64,000 bases of DNA, taken from NCBI GenBank assembly GCA_049584975.1, contig JBAUYV010000179.1:59-64058 (forward strand), in the 5' to 3' direction. The DNA comes from Xanthobacteraceae bacterium (GTDB lineage Bacteria > Pseudomonadota > Alphaproteobacteria > Rhizobiales > Xanthobacteraceae). The stretch's first letter is position 1. Each line of letters opens with the position of its first letter. Below are positions 54,244 to 62,760 of the stretch, piece by piece. A model generated the notes under the pieces. It was not told the origin of the DNA, made no database searches, and saw only the letters and a list, made by a program, of their open reading frames with translations. A program made the translations under genes and the position numbers.

Positions 54244-55062
54244 ATGGAGGACACGGTGCCGTCTTTTCGCATTGCCGCCACCAGCGCGGTCTTGCTGGCG
54301 CTCGCAGCCGGCAGCGCCTCAGCGCAAACCGCGACGACCACCGCACCCGGCCAGCCGCTACCGCTTTTGCAAATCTTCCAGAAGAACGAAGACACTGCAG
54401 CGGTTAAGCCTCACCACAGGGCAAGATACGTACGGAGAAGGGTGGCCAGAACGCGGGTGGCGAATCATACAAGCGTTGCCATGCGCCATGCCTTCATGGA
54501 AGTGCAGCCGGCACCTGAACCGGCGCAGCCCGAGGCAACGCCGGCAACAGCAACACAGGCCACAACAACCACGGCGGTCCCTGCCAATATCTGGCCCACA
54601 CCGGATCTGACGCTGCCCGGCACGGAGGGACTGACCCCAACTGCAACCGCTGCAGCTCCCGTCGCCAATGAGCCGGTCGGCCCGGCGGTCCCGGCCAATC
54701 CCAATGAAGTGCTGGCGGCCGCCTACCACACAGTGCAGGTAGCGCCACAGGTCACACCGCCAAGCACGGCACAGCAGACGCCGCCAAACACCGTGCAAGT
54801 CGCTCAAGCAAACACGATGAGCCCCCCGGATATTGTTGCGGACCAGCCGCATGAGGCAGCCAATCCGGCAAAGGCGAGCAATCACGTTGCGTCATGGCCG
54901 GCCCAGCAGGTCATGGTCGCCACGCCGGAGCCGCAGAACCCCAACCCCGTTGGCAGTCCCACGTGGATCGCTCACGTCCTCGCCGCACTCGGCGGCGCCA
55001 TCGCGGCCGGCGCGGTCGCATGGTTCCTGATCAATCCGCTGCCAGCCCGGAGTTACGAATAG
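54244..55062 (+). CDS. Ala/Pro/Thr-rich protein with an N-terminal signal and a C-terminal TM anchor
   Basis: Signal AVLLALAAGSASAQ, a long low-complexity region, and a C-terminal helix VLAALGGAIAAGAVAWFLI. Confidence 0.5.
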   Translation: MEDTVPSFRIAATSAVLLALAAGSASAQTATTTAPGQPLPLLQIFQKNEDTAAVKPHHRARYVRRRVARTRVANHTSVAMRHAFMEVQPAPEPAQPEATPATATQATTTTAVPANIWPTPDLTLPGTEGLTPTATAAAPVANEPVGPAVPANPNEVLAAAYHTVQVAPQVTPPSTAQQTPPNTVQVAQANTMSPPDIVADQPHEAANPAKASNHVASWPAQQVMVATPEPQNPNPVGSPTWIAHVLAALGGAIAAGAVAWFLINPLPARSYE

Positions 55063-55102
55063 CGGATCCTCACGCCTCAACAAAAGCCGAGCCAACACGA
55101 AT

Positions 55103-55143
55103 CGGCGAATGGGAATGAAAATCCCATTCGGCGTTTTCTTTTG
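55103..55143 (+). terminator. Rho-independent terminator
   Basis: CGGCGAATGGGA-ATGAAAA-TCCCATTCGGCG (12-bp stem with one mismatch) followed by TTTTCTTTT. Confidence 0.8.
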
Positions 55144-55247
55144 CACGACGCGGCCATTCACCACATTGTCCGGCGCGGTTCCTGATGGCTTACTGGCAGG
55201 CAAATCTCCAAGAAACGACAGTCAAGAAAACTCCATTGGAGGAAGCC

Positions 55248-56222
55248 ATGCCCGCAAATCCATTGCGCGCTCCTTGCGCCGCGGCGTTCGCCATCGCTGT
55301 CGCATCGGCCTGTTTGCCGTCCGTTGCATTGGCAGAAACAACGCTGACAGTCGGCAAGGCAGCGCCGAACGCGGACCCCGTCATCCCGGTGAACGTTGGC
55401 GACAAGCTCGGCATCTTTAAGAAACACGGGCTCGACCTGAAGATCATCGATTTCACCGGCGGCAGCAAAATGGCCACCGCCATGGCCGCCAACAGCATCG
55501 ACATCGGCGATGGCGCCGGAACGGAGATGGCGCTCGTGGCCAAGGGCGTGCCGATGACGGCCATCTGCGAATCCTCGGGGCCCATTCCGTTCATCGGCAT
55601 CGGCGTGCCGAAGGATTCCCCGATCCACACGATCGATCAACTCAAGGGTAAGAAGATCGGCTACTCGAGCGCCGGCTCGCTGACCGACTGGCTGACGAAG
55701 GAACTTGAACGTACCCAAGGCTGGGGCTCGCAGGGCGTCACCGGGGTTTCGATCGGTAACGGCGCCGGCAGCATCATCGCCGCGTTCCGCGACAGCCTCA
55801 TCGATGCCGACGTTGCCGTGACCTCGCTCTTTCTGGCCATGGAAGAAAACAAGACCGGCCGCCTGCTCTTTCCGGTCTCGAAATACGAGGGCAACCTCGC
55901 CTCCGGCACGCTCTATGCGTCAAACAACTTGATCAAGACCAACCCCGATGCGGTGCGGGCGTTTGTTGCCGCCTGGATCGAGACCGTCGACCATATCCGT
56001 GCGCATAAGGCCGAAGCCGTCAAAATCGAGAGCGGCATCACCGGATTCCCCGAGAGCGTAATGGCAAAGGATTACGACCTGACCATCGGCATGTTCACCA
56101 AGGCCTGCGAGTTCGATGCGGAATCGCTGGCGACGCTCAAGCGTTCTTTCGTCGATCTGAAGCTCCTCGATAGTCCGCCGGATATGTCGAAGCTTTACAC
56201 CGAGGAGTTTCTGCCGAAGTAG
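55248..56222 (+). CDS. NMT1/THI5-like ABC transporter substrate-binding protein 1
   Basis: A GGAGG SD precedes ATG 55248. Signal peptide, then the pattern LTVGKAAPNADPVIPVNVGDKLGIFKKHGLDL. Confidence 0.8.
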   Translation: MPANPLRAPCAAAFAIAVASACLPSVALAETTLTVGKAAPNADPVIPVNVGDKLGIFKKHGLDLKIIDFTGGSKMATAMAANSIDIGDGAGTEMALVAKGVPMTAICESSGPIPFIGIGVPKDSPIHTIDQLKGKKIGYSSAGSLTDWLTKELERTQGWGSQGVTGVSIGNGAGSIIAAFRDSLIDADVAVTSLFLAMEENKTGRLLFPVSKYEGNLASGTLYASNNLIKTNPDAVRAFVAAWIETVDHIRAHKAEAVKIESGITGFPESVMAKDYDLTIGMFTKACEFDAESLATLKRSFVDLKLLDSPPDMSKLYTEEFLPK

Positions 56223-56352
56223 CGGCGACCCGCGCCCCCTCCGCGCAAACGAACTTCCGCCTTTGAACGTACCGAACGGTAAGCAGCGGACGATGGCCCT
56301 GTCGTCCGCTATTGGCTACTGTGCTTTCGCTATTCCCCTCATGGAGGATGCA

Positions 56353-57306
56353 ATGAAGAGACTTGTGGCCGCGGGCGTCGTGGGATTGGGACTTTTCGCC
56401 TCGAGCCTTGCCCAGGCCCAGGGAAAAAAGGATGTCACCTGGTGCGCCCCCGTGATGGGCTCGTCCTACTACTGGGACGTGCTCTCCGCCGTTGAGCTCG
56501 GCTACATGGAGCAGGAGGGATTGAATCTGAAGCTCGTCAACAACGACACGCCCGTGCAAGCCCTGCAGTTCGAGGCGACCGGCGCCTGCAACATCGGCTC
56601 GATCACCACGGAGGTTGCGATGGCGGCCATCGATAAGGGCGCAGATTTCAGGTTTGTCGGCTCCGAAGACGACAAGGTCGCATTCGTAATGCTGGCGCGG
56701 CCGGACATCGCGACCTTTGCGGATCTGCGGGGAAAGACTCTCGGCGTGACGCTGCTGACGGAGTCGACTGCCACTATGATGCGCCTGCTTCTGGAGAAAC
56801 ACGGCGTCAAGCGCGAGGAGTACAACTTTATCGCGCTCGGCGGCTCGCCGAACCGCTATGCGGCGCTAGTGCGCGGCGCGGTTTCGGCGACGATGCTCAG
56901 TCCGCCCTTCGACTTCAAAGCCGAAGCTGAAGGCATGAAGCGCATGGGCAACGCTTTTGACGCCTTCGACGGCGTGGGTGTCGTCTTCGTCGTTGACGAC
57001 AAGTGGGCAAAAGGCAACGCCGATGCCCTTGTCGGCTTCCTGCGCGCTGCCGCGAAAGCGGAAAAGTTTCTCTATGACTCAAGCCACAAGGACAAGGCGG
57101 TCGAGATACTGGTGAAGTACACCAAGAGCCCGCCTGCGGACATCGCCAAGAGCTACGACTCCTTTTACGGCAAGGATCGCATCAATTCACCCAACCTGGA
57201 ACTGACCGACACTCTGCTGGAGCCCTGGCTCAAGCTGCGCGACAGTCCGAAGAAGCCTTCTGACTACACCGATCTCAGCTATTGGAAGCGTGCCGTTGGC
57301 CAGTGA
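56353..57306 (+). CDS. NMT1/THI5-like ABC transporter substrate-binding protein 2
   Basis: A GGAGGA SD precedes ATG 56353. It has a signal peptide and the same fold pattern as the preceding gene. Confidence 0.8.
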   Translation: MKRLVAAGVVGLGLFASSLAQAQGKKDVTWCAPVMGSSYYWDVLSAVELGYMEQEGLNLKLVNNDTPVQALQFEATGACNIGSITTEVAMAAIDKGADFRFVGSEDDKVAFVMLARPDIATFADLRGKTLGVTLLTESTATMMRLLLEKHGVKREEYNFIALGGSPNRYAALVRGAVSATMLSPPFDFKAEAEGMKRMGNAFDAFDGVGVVFVVDDKWAKGNADALVGFLRAAAKAEKFLYDSSHKDKAVEILVKYTKSPPADIAKSYDSFYGKDRINSPNLELTDTLLEPWLKLRDSPKKPSDYTDLSYWKRAVGQ

Positions 57307-57433
57307 TGCCAGAGAGGCTGCGCCTGCCGGCGCGAGCGAGTTGGTGGCGGCAAAACCCGCCGCGTCCCCACTGTCGCATGGACGCGCAGAAAATAAAGGG
57401 ACACCGAACTCGGGCGTGCGCATTCCAATCAAC

Positions 57434-58222
57434 ATGCCGGAGCCGCCCTCGCGTATTGCGCAGCGCTCCCGCCGGCGCGCCGTTCTTTCAGTGCTCGGCG
57501 GCCTTGCGCTCTGGGAGCTGGTGGGCCGCTACGTGGTGACCAACCCGATTCTGTTTGCGCCGTTTTCCAAGGTCCTGGAGGCCGGCTGGGCGCTGTTAGT
57601 TAGCGGCGAACTGCTGCAACACCTCTCGGTCAGCGCCAGCGAATTCGCCATCGGCTTTGGGCTCGCCACGCTCGTCGGCGTCGCGCTCGGCTTTCTGATG
57701 GCGACCAATCGCGCCGCCCAGGACATTCTCGATCCGTGGGTATCGTTTTTCTATTCAAGCCCGCTCGTCGCGCTCATTCCATTTTTCATTCTAGTGTTCG
57801 GCGTCGGCATCTCATCGAAGATTGCAATTATCTTCACGGTCGCAATCTTCCCGATTCTGCTCAATGCCTTCGTCGGCATCCGCTCGGCCAGCGCCGATCT
57901 GCTGGAAGTCGGCGCCGCATTCAACTGCACCCGTGCGCAGATTTTCAGCAAAATCTTGTTTCCCGCCGCCCTGCCCTTTGTCATCGTCGGCTTGCGGCTC
58001 GGCATCGGCCGCGCGCTCACCGGCGTCGTAGTCAGCGAGCTGTTCGGCTCGACGGCCGGCCTGGGCTGGCTCATCGGCACCGCCGGACAGAGTTTCGATA
58101 CGCCGACCGTGCTGTTCGGTGTGCTGATGTTCTCCGTCCTCGGCGTGGCGATGGTCGAGGGACTCAAATGGATCGAGCGCCTTCTGGCGCCCTGGCGTAA
58201 GACCGTACAAGAGGTGCGATAA
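57434..58222 (+). CDS. ABC transporter permease (NitT/TauT family)
   Basis: Six TM segments and an EAA-loop-like LEVGAAFNCTRAQIFSKILFPAALP. The listed ORF begins at 57290, but that N-terminal extension is low-complexity. Confidence 0.85.
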   Translation: MPEPPSRIAQRSRRRAVLSVLGGLALWELVGRYVVTNPILFAPFSKVLEAGWALLVSGELLQHLSVSASEFAIGFGLATLVGVALGFLMATNRAAQDILDPWVSFFYSSPLVALIPFFILVFGVGISSKIAIIFTVAIFPILLNAFVGIRSASADLLEVGAAFNCTRAQIFSKILFPAALPFVIVGLRLGIGRALTGVVVSELFGSTAGLGWLIGTAGQSFDTPTVLFGVLMFSVLGVAMVEGLKWIERLLAPWRKTVQEVR

Positions 58223-58365
58223 ACGGGAACCGCCCGCTAAAACCGCTGGTACAAAATGTCCCGATGACATAGACGCATCGAAGCCGGTATGTTGAGTCGT
58301 TGATAGGCCCCACCGCCAAGAGCGGCGCTCGTACGCTCAAAACACCATTTGGGAGGAATAGACCT

Positions 58366-58830
58366 ATGAAATGCACGTGGAAACATCTTGCCATTGCCCT
58401 CGTCGGGGTTGCCATCGCGGCTGGCGCGGCCAGCGCCGCCGATCGCGCGACGAAGGACCAGGCCATCGCGATGGTCAACAAGGCGGTCGACTACATCAAG
58501 GCCAACGGAACCGAGAAGGCCTATGCGGAGATCGACAAGAAGAACGGCATGTTCACCGATCGCGACCTCTACATCGTCGTGTACGGTTACGACGGTCACG
58601 TCTACGCCCACGGCGCCAACGAGAAGCTGATCGGCACCGATCAGAGCAAGGCGAAGGATCCCGATGGCAAGGCGTTCGTGGCCGAGCGAATCGACATGGC
58701 GAAGAAGGGCCAGCCGTTCTGGCAAGACTACAAGTTTATGGACCCCCTCTCCAAAACGGTCGAGCCGAAAGAGATGTACTGCGTACCGTTGAAAGACATC
58801 ATCGTCTGCGGAGGGGTCTACAAGGTCTGA
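58366..58830 (+). CDS. Standalone periplasmic single-Cache (sCache_2) domain protein, embedded in the ABC operon
   Basis: A GGAGGA SD precedes ATG 58366. Signal peptide, then AIAMVNKAVDYIKANGTEKAYAEIDKKNGMFTDRDLYIVVYGYDGHVYAHGANEKLIGTD....KDPDGKAF......MAKKG..FW.DYKF.DP......PKEMYC......IVCGGVYK matches the sCache_2 pattern closely. Confidence 0.75.
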   Translation: MKCTWKHLAIALVGVAIAAGAASAADRATKDQAIAMVNKAVDYIKANGTEKAYAEIDKKNGMFTDRDLYIVVYGYDGHVYAHGANEKLIGTDQSKAKDPDGKAFVAERIDMAKKGQPFWQDYKFMDPLSKTVEPKEMYCVPLKDIIVCGGVYKV

Positions 58831-58869
58831 TCGGGCTCCCACCTGGGCCCGCCTGAGGATTCGCCGTGC

Positions 58870-59652
58870 GTGACCGATAAACTGGAAGTCGAGAACCTCT
58901 CCAAATATTTCTACGGTCGCGCCGGCGACATCCGCAAAGTGCTCGACTCCATCACGGTGTCGATTGCGCACGGCGAGTTCGTCTGTCTGGTCGGTGCGTC
59001 CGGCTGCGGCAAGACCACTTTCATTCGCTGTATTGCCGGGCTTCTTCCCGCCGAGGAGGGCGAAGTCCGCATCGACGGCAAGGTGGTGACGCGACCGGGC
59101 CTCGATCGCGGCTTTGTGTTTCAGAACGATGCGCTGCTGCCGTGGCGCACGGTCATCCACAACGTGCTGTTCGGCCTGGAAGTGCGCGGCCGCCGCTTCG
59201 CCGAGACCAGGCCGACCGCCGAGACGCTGATCAAACTCGTAGGTCTTTCCGGCTTCGAGAACCATTATCCGAGCGAGCTGTCGGGCGGCATGCGCCAGCG
59301 CGTCAACCTCGCCCGCGCGCTCGCCATCGATCCCGAAGTGCTGCTCATGGACGAGCCATTCGCCTCGCTCGACGCGCAGACGCGCGAGATCATGCAGCGC
59401 GAACTTCTGAAAATCTGGAACCAGCGCAAGAAAACCGTGTTGTTCATCACCCATCAGATCGACGAGGCGATCTACCTGGCCGACCGCGTGCTGGTGTTCT
59501 CCTATCGGCCGGGACGGCTGACCGCGGACATTCGCATCCCGTTCCCACGGCCGCGCGAACTGGCGCTCAAGCGTAGCCCCGACTTCCTCAAATACGTCGA
59601 CGACGTCTGGAAGCTGATCGAAGATGAAGTCGTCTCGGCAATGAGCATTTAG
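58870..59652 (+). CDS. ABC transporter ATP-binding protein (NitT/TauT family)
   Basis: Walker A GASGCGKTT, signature LSGGMRQRV and Walker B LLMDEPF. GTG start. Confidence 0.9.
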   Translation: MTDKLEVENLSKYFYGRAGDIRKVLDSITVSIAHGEFVCLVGASGCGKTTFIRCIAGLLPAEEGEVRIDGKVVTRPGLDRGFVFQNDALLPWRTVIHNVLFGLEVRGRRFAETRPTAETLIKLVGLSGFENHYPSELSGGMRQRVNLARALAIDPEVLLMDEPFASLDAQTREIMQRELLKIWNQRKKTVLFITHQIDEAIYLADRVLVFSYRPGRLTADIRIPFPRPRELALKRSPDFLKYVDDVWKLIEDEVVSAMSI

Positions 59653-59661
59653 GGCGAACGT

Positions 59662-60657
59662 TCAGTCGCCCTTTATGTTGGCGTCCTTGACGATTGGCCA
59701 CCACTTGGCAATGTCCGCCTCCTGAAACGCGGCAAGCACTTGCGGCGTTTGCTGATCGCGCGGGAAGACTTCCTGGCCGATGTCAGCCAGCCGCCGTTGC
59801 GCGGCCGGATCGGCAAGCGCTGTGACGACAGCTTCGTTCAGCTTGGCGATGATTTCCTTCGGCGCGCCTTTCGGCAGAAAAGCCGCCTGCCAATTCACGG
59901 CGTAAAGATTGAGATTTGGCAGCCCCGCTTCATCGACAGTCGGAATCTCGGGCGCGGCTGCCAGCCGGCGCCTGGCCATGACTGCAAACGCCTTGATGGT
60001 TCCGGCGCGGATCTGCGGCAGCGAATCGGCGGTGTTGTCGACCATGAAATCGATGCGGCCGGCGATCAGATCCTGCATCGCAGCGGTAAGACCTTGGCGG
60101 TAGGGCACGAACCTGAAACGCGTGCCTGTTTGCTTGCGGTAGAACAGGCCGCCAACGGTCGAAATACCGCCTGCGCCGGTCGTGCCTTGGGTCGCCTGAT
60201 CGGGATTAGCCTTAAGCCACGCGACAAATTCCTTCAGGTTGTCCGCCGGCAGCGTCTTTCGGCCGACGATCAGAAGAGAATCGCTGCAGACCAGGGAGAC
60301 CGGCTCGAAGTCCTTGACGATGTCATATGAGAGCGAGAACAGCGGACCGTTGAGCACATGGGTGGCAAAATTGCCTAGCTCGAACGTATAGCCGTCAGGC
60401 TCCGCGCGTGCGGCACGGCCGGTGCCGATCGTGCCCGAAGCGCCGGTGACGTTTTCGACAATGACCGGTTGGCCGAGCGTTCCCCGCATGCCTTCGGCAA
60501 GGATACGCCCGATGATGTCCGACGGACCACCGGCCCCAAACGCGACGATCATGGTGACCGGCCGGGTCGGATAGGCTTGCGCCGACGCGGCGCCGGCCGT
60601 TGCGGCCATCGTGCAAGCCATCACCACCAAGCCAAAAAAATGTCGGCGAAATTTCAT
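59662..60657 (-). CDS. Bug/TctC family substrate-binding protein
   Basis: Signal peptide, then [32 protein letters not shown] and [22 protein letters not shown]. The start at M30 avoids an overlap with the aldolase gene. Confidence 0.9.
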   Translation of the reverse strand: MKFRRHFFGLVVMACTMAATAGAASAQAYPTRPVTMIVAFGAGGPSDIIGRILAEGMRGTLGQPVIVENVTGASGTIGTGRAARAEPDGYTFELGNFATHVLNGPLFSLSYDIVKDFEPVSLVCSDSLLIVGRKTLPADNLKEFVAWLKANPDQATQGTTGAGGISTVGGLFYRKQTGTRFRFVPYRQGLTAAMQDLIAGRIDFMVDNTADSLPQIRAGTIKAFAVMARRRLAAAPEIPTVDEAGLPNLNLYAVNWQAAFLPKGAPKEIIAKLNEAVVTALADPAAQRRLADIGQEVFPRDQQTPQVLAAFQEADIAKWWPIVKDANIKGD

Positions 60658-60679
60658 CTGCAAGCCGCGACGCGCGCCG

Positions 60680-61588
60680 TCATTCCGCCGCTTGCGCGAC
60701 GCTTCGGCTGTCGGCCCGCAGAGATTTGAACAGCTCGAAGGCATCCTTCGGCTTCATGTTCTTGTGTACGACCGCAGCGACAGCGGCGATTATCGCCTTG
60801 GGCGCGTCCGATTGGAAGATGTTGCGGCCCATGTCGACGCCTGAAGCGCCCTGCTGCACGGCGTTATGAGCCATGGTGAGCGCCTCGAGCTCCGGGAGTT
60901 TTTTTCCGCCGGCCATGACGATCGGCACCGGGCAGGAGGCGGTGATGGTCTCGAACCCCTCGTCGACGTAATAGGTCTTGACGTATTGCGCGCCGAGCTC
61001 AGCGATGATCCGGCAGGCCAGCCGGAAATATTTGGCGTCGCGCACCATAGCCTTGCCCACGGCGGTGATGCCCATGACCGGAATGCCGGAGCGCAGGCCG
61101 GCATCGACAAGCCTCGTCATGTTGTGCACCGAGCGGGTCTCGTGCTCGCCGCCGATGAACACCTGGATGCCGACGCCGGCGGCGTTCAAGCGCACGGCGT
61201 CGTCCATATCCATGGCGATCTGCTCGTCGGAAAGTTCTTCGCGCAGAATACTCGGGCCGCCGCTCGCGCGCAGCACCATGGGCTTGCCGCACTCGGCCGG
61301 AATGAGCGAGCGCAAGATGCCGCGCGTGCAGAACAGCGCATCGCAGGACGGCAATAGCGGCACGATGGAGAGGTCAATGCGCTCAAGCCCGGTGGTCGGC
61401 CCCTGGAAGTAGCCGTGATCGACGGCAAGCATGACGGTGCGGCCGGAGGCCGGATCGAACACCCGCGCCATGCGGTTCTTCATGCCCCAGTCGAGCTGAT
61501 GGGAGCCTTTGAGGAAAAAGCCCGGCGTCTGCTGCGGCTGATCGAGCGAGTAGCGTTCCCCTTCCTTATCGGCTTCCGGCATGGCCAA
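60680..61588 (-). CDS. Class I aldolase of the DhnA/LsrF (DeoC/LacD superfamily) type
   Basis: [17 protein letters not shown] closely matches the LsrF/DhnA signature. VKTYY provides the Schiff-base Lys context. Confidence 0.75.
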   Translation of the reverse strand: MAMPEADKEGERYSLDQPQQTPGFFLKGSHQLDWGMKNRMARVFDPASGRTVMLAVDHGYFQGPTTGLERIDLSIVPLLPSCDALFCTRGILRSLIPAECGKPMVLRASGGPSILREELSDEQIAMDMDDAVRLNAAGVGIQVFIGGEHETRSVHNMTRLVDAGLRSGIPVMGITAVGKAMVRDAKYFRLACRIIAELGAQYVKTYYVDEGFETITASCPVPIVMAGGKKLPELEALTMAHNAVQQGASGVDMGRNIFQSDAPKAIIAAVAAVVHKNMKPKDAFELFKSLRADSRSVAQAAE

Positions 61589-61849
61589 TCCTGTCCTTCT
61601 TTGATCTGGGCACGGCCCTGCGTCTCCTCGGCCGCGTCGCTCAGCTCAACCTGTTCCCGAGCCGATTGGCGCGAGACGCTCAACGCCGCGTCCAGCAACA
61701 TTCCGTCGGCAGGTCCCGGTGAGAAAATCTCGGCAGTCAGGTCAACCCTGACGGCCCAGGCTGTCAATGGCTGAGGCTGCTGTGAAGCATAAAAGCCCTA
61801 CGCGTTGGGGAGGAATAAGCGGCACTGCCAACGGGTAGCGGCTTGCAAT

Positions 61850-61864
61850 GTTCGTTCTTTGTTC
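61850..61864 (+). promoter_or_regulatory. Alphaproteobacterial LexA (SOS) box 1
   Basis: GTTC-GTTCTTT-GTTC is a perfect match to the GTTC-N7-GTTC direct-repeat consensus. Confidence 0.75.
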
Positions 61865-61881
61865 TAGTGTTGCGCCCATTA

Positions 61882-61896
61882 GAACATATAGAGAAC
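61882..61896 (-). promoter_or_regulatory. Alphaproteobacterial LexA (SOS) box 2, opposite orientation
   Basis: GAAC-ATATAGA-GAAC is the reverse complement of GTTC-N7-GTTC. It lies 22 nt before the imuA ATG. Confidence 0.7.
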
Positions 61897-61917
61897 ATCC
61901 AGCGGCCCTGCACAGCC

Positions 61918-62760
61918 ATGCCACAGGTGGTTACCGCCATTTCCTGTCCTGAGGTGCGCAATCGTGCCGCCTTGATGGAACAATTGCGCCGTCTGCTGCC
62001 CGGGGTGGCGGAAGCGCGCAAAACCCTTCCCTTTGGCCTTTCCGCCCTTGATTCCTATCTGCCGAACGGCGGCCTCGCTTGCGGCGCATTGCACGAAATC
62101 GTGCCCGAACCGCGCTCAATCCCGGCCACCTTTGGGTTTATCGTGGCGATTCTGGCCCGCATCACCTTTTCCACGCCTTCCCCCAGGGAGGGAAGGTTGT
62201 ACGCAAGTGGTAATGCGCGCGGGCCCCTCTTCCTGGTCCTGCCGGCCTATAGCTTTCGCGAATTCGGCCGCCTGCATGGCCATGGGCTGCGCGCACTCGG
62301 CCTCGATCCGGCGCGGCTGATCCTGGTCGAGACATCGCACCGCAAAGAGACCTTGTGGGCGATCGAGGAGGCCCTGCATTCAGGGGCGCCGGCCGCCGTC
62401 GCCGGCGTCATCGACAAGCTCGATCTGAGAACCAGCCAAAGGCTGCATCTTGCCGCCACCGATTGCGGCCTGCCGCTCCTCCTGTTGCGGCCGGCGCAAA
62501 ATCTGGAAGCGAGCGCGGCGGCGACACGCTGGCGCGTCGGCACCGCCGAGGCCGCGCGCGACCGCTTCGGCCTCATCACCCGCCCCCGATGGCACTTGAG
62601 ACTTGAACGCTGTCGCAACGGACGGCCGGGCGAATGGGTGGTGGAGTACGATCATGTCGCGCATCGTTTCAGTTTGGCTGCCACGTTGGCCGATCCTGCG
62701 CGTGCTAGCGGCGCAAGCAAAAGCCACGAAGAACTCCTCGCAAGAACCCATTGCGCCTGA
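61918..62760 (+). CDS. imuA: ImuA (RecA-fold SOS mutagenesis cassette protein)
   Basis: FGLSALDSYLPNGGLACGALHEI and LGLDPARLILVET....ETLWAIEEALHSGA.AAVAG....LDLR.SQRLHLAA......LLLLRP match the ImuA pattern. The listed ORF start (61843) would include the SOS boxes. An alternative start is ATG 61975. Confidence 0.7.
   Translation: MPQVVTAISCPEVRNRAALMEQLRRLLPGVAEARKTLPFGLSALDSYLPNGGLACGALHEIVPEPRSIPATFGFIVAILARITFSTPSPREGRLYASGNARGPLFLVLPAYSFREFGRLHGHGLRALGLDPARLILVETSHRKETLWAIEEALHSGAPAAVAGVIDKLDLRTSQRLHLAATDCGLPLLLLRPAQNLEASAAATRWRVGTAEAARDRFGLITRPRWHLRLERCRNGRPGEWVVEYDHVAHRFSLAATLADPARASGASKSHEELLARTHCA

Noticed and set aside
61843-61917. Upstream extension of the imuA ORF (TTG start at 61843)
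   Set aside because: It would translate straight through both LexA boxes. ATG 61918 lies just downstream of them and is the sensible start.
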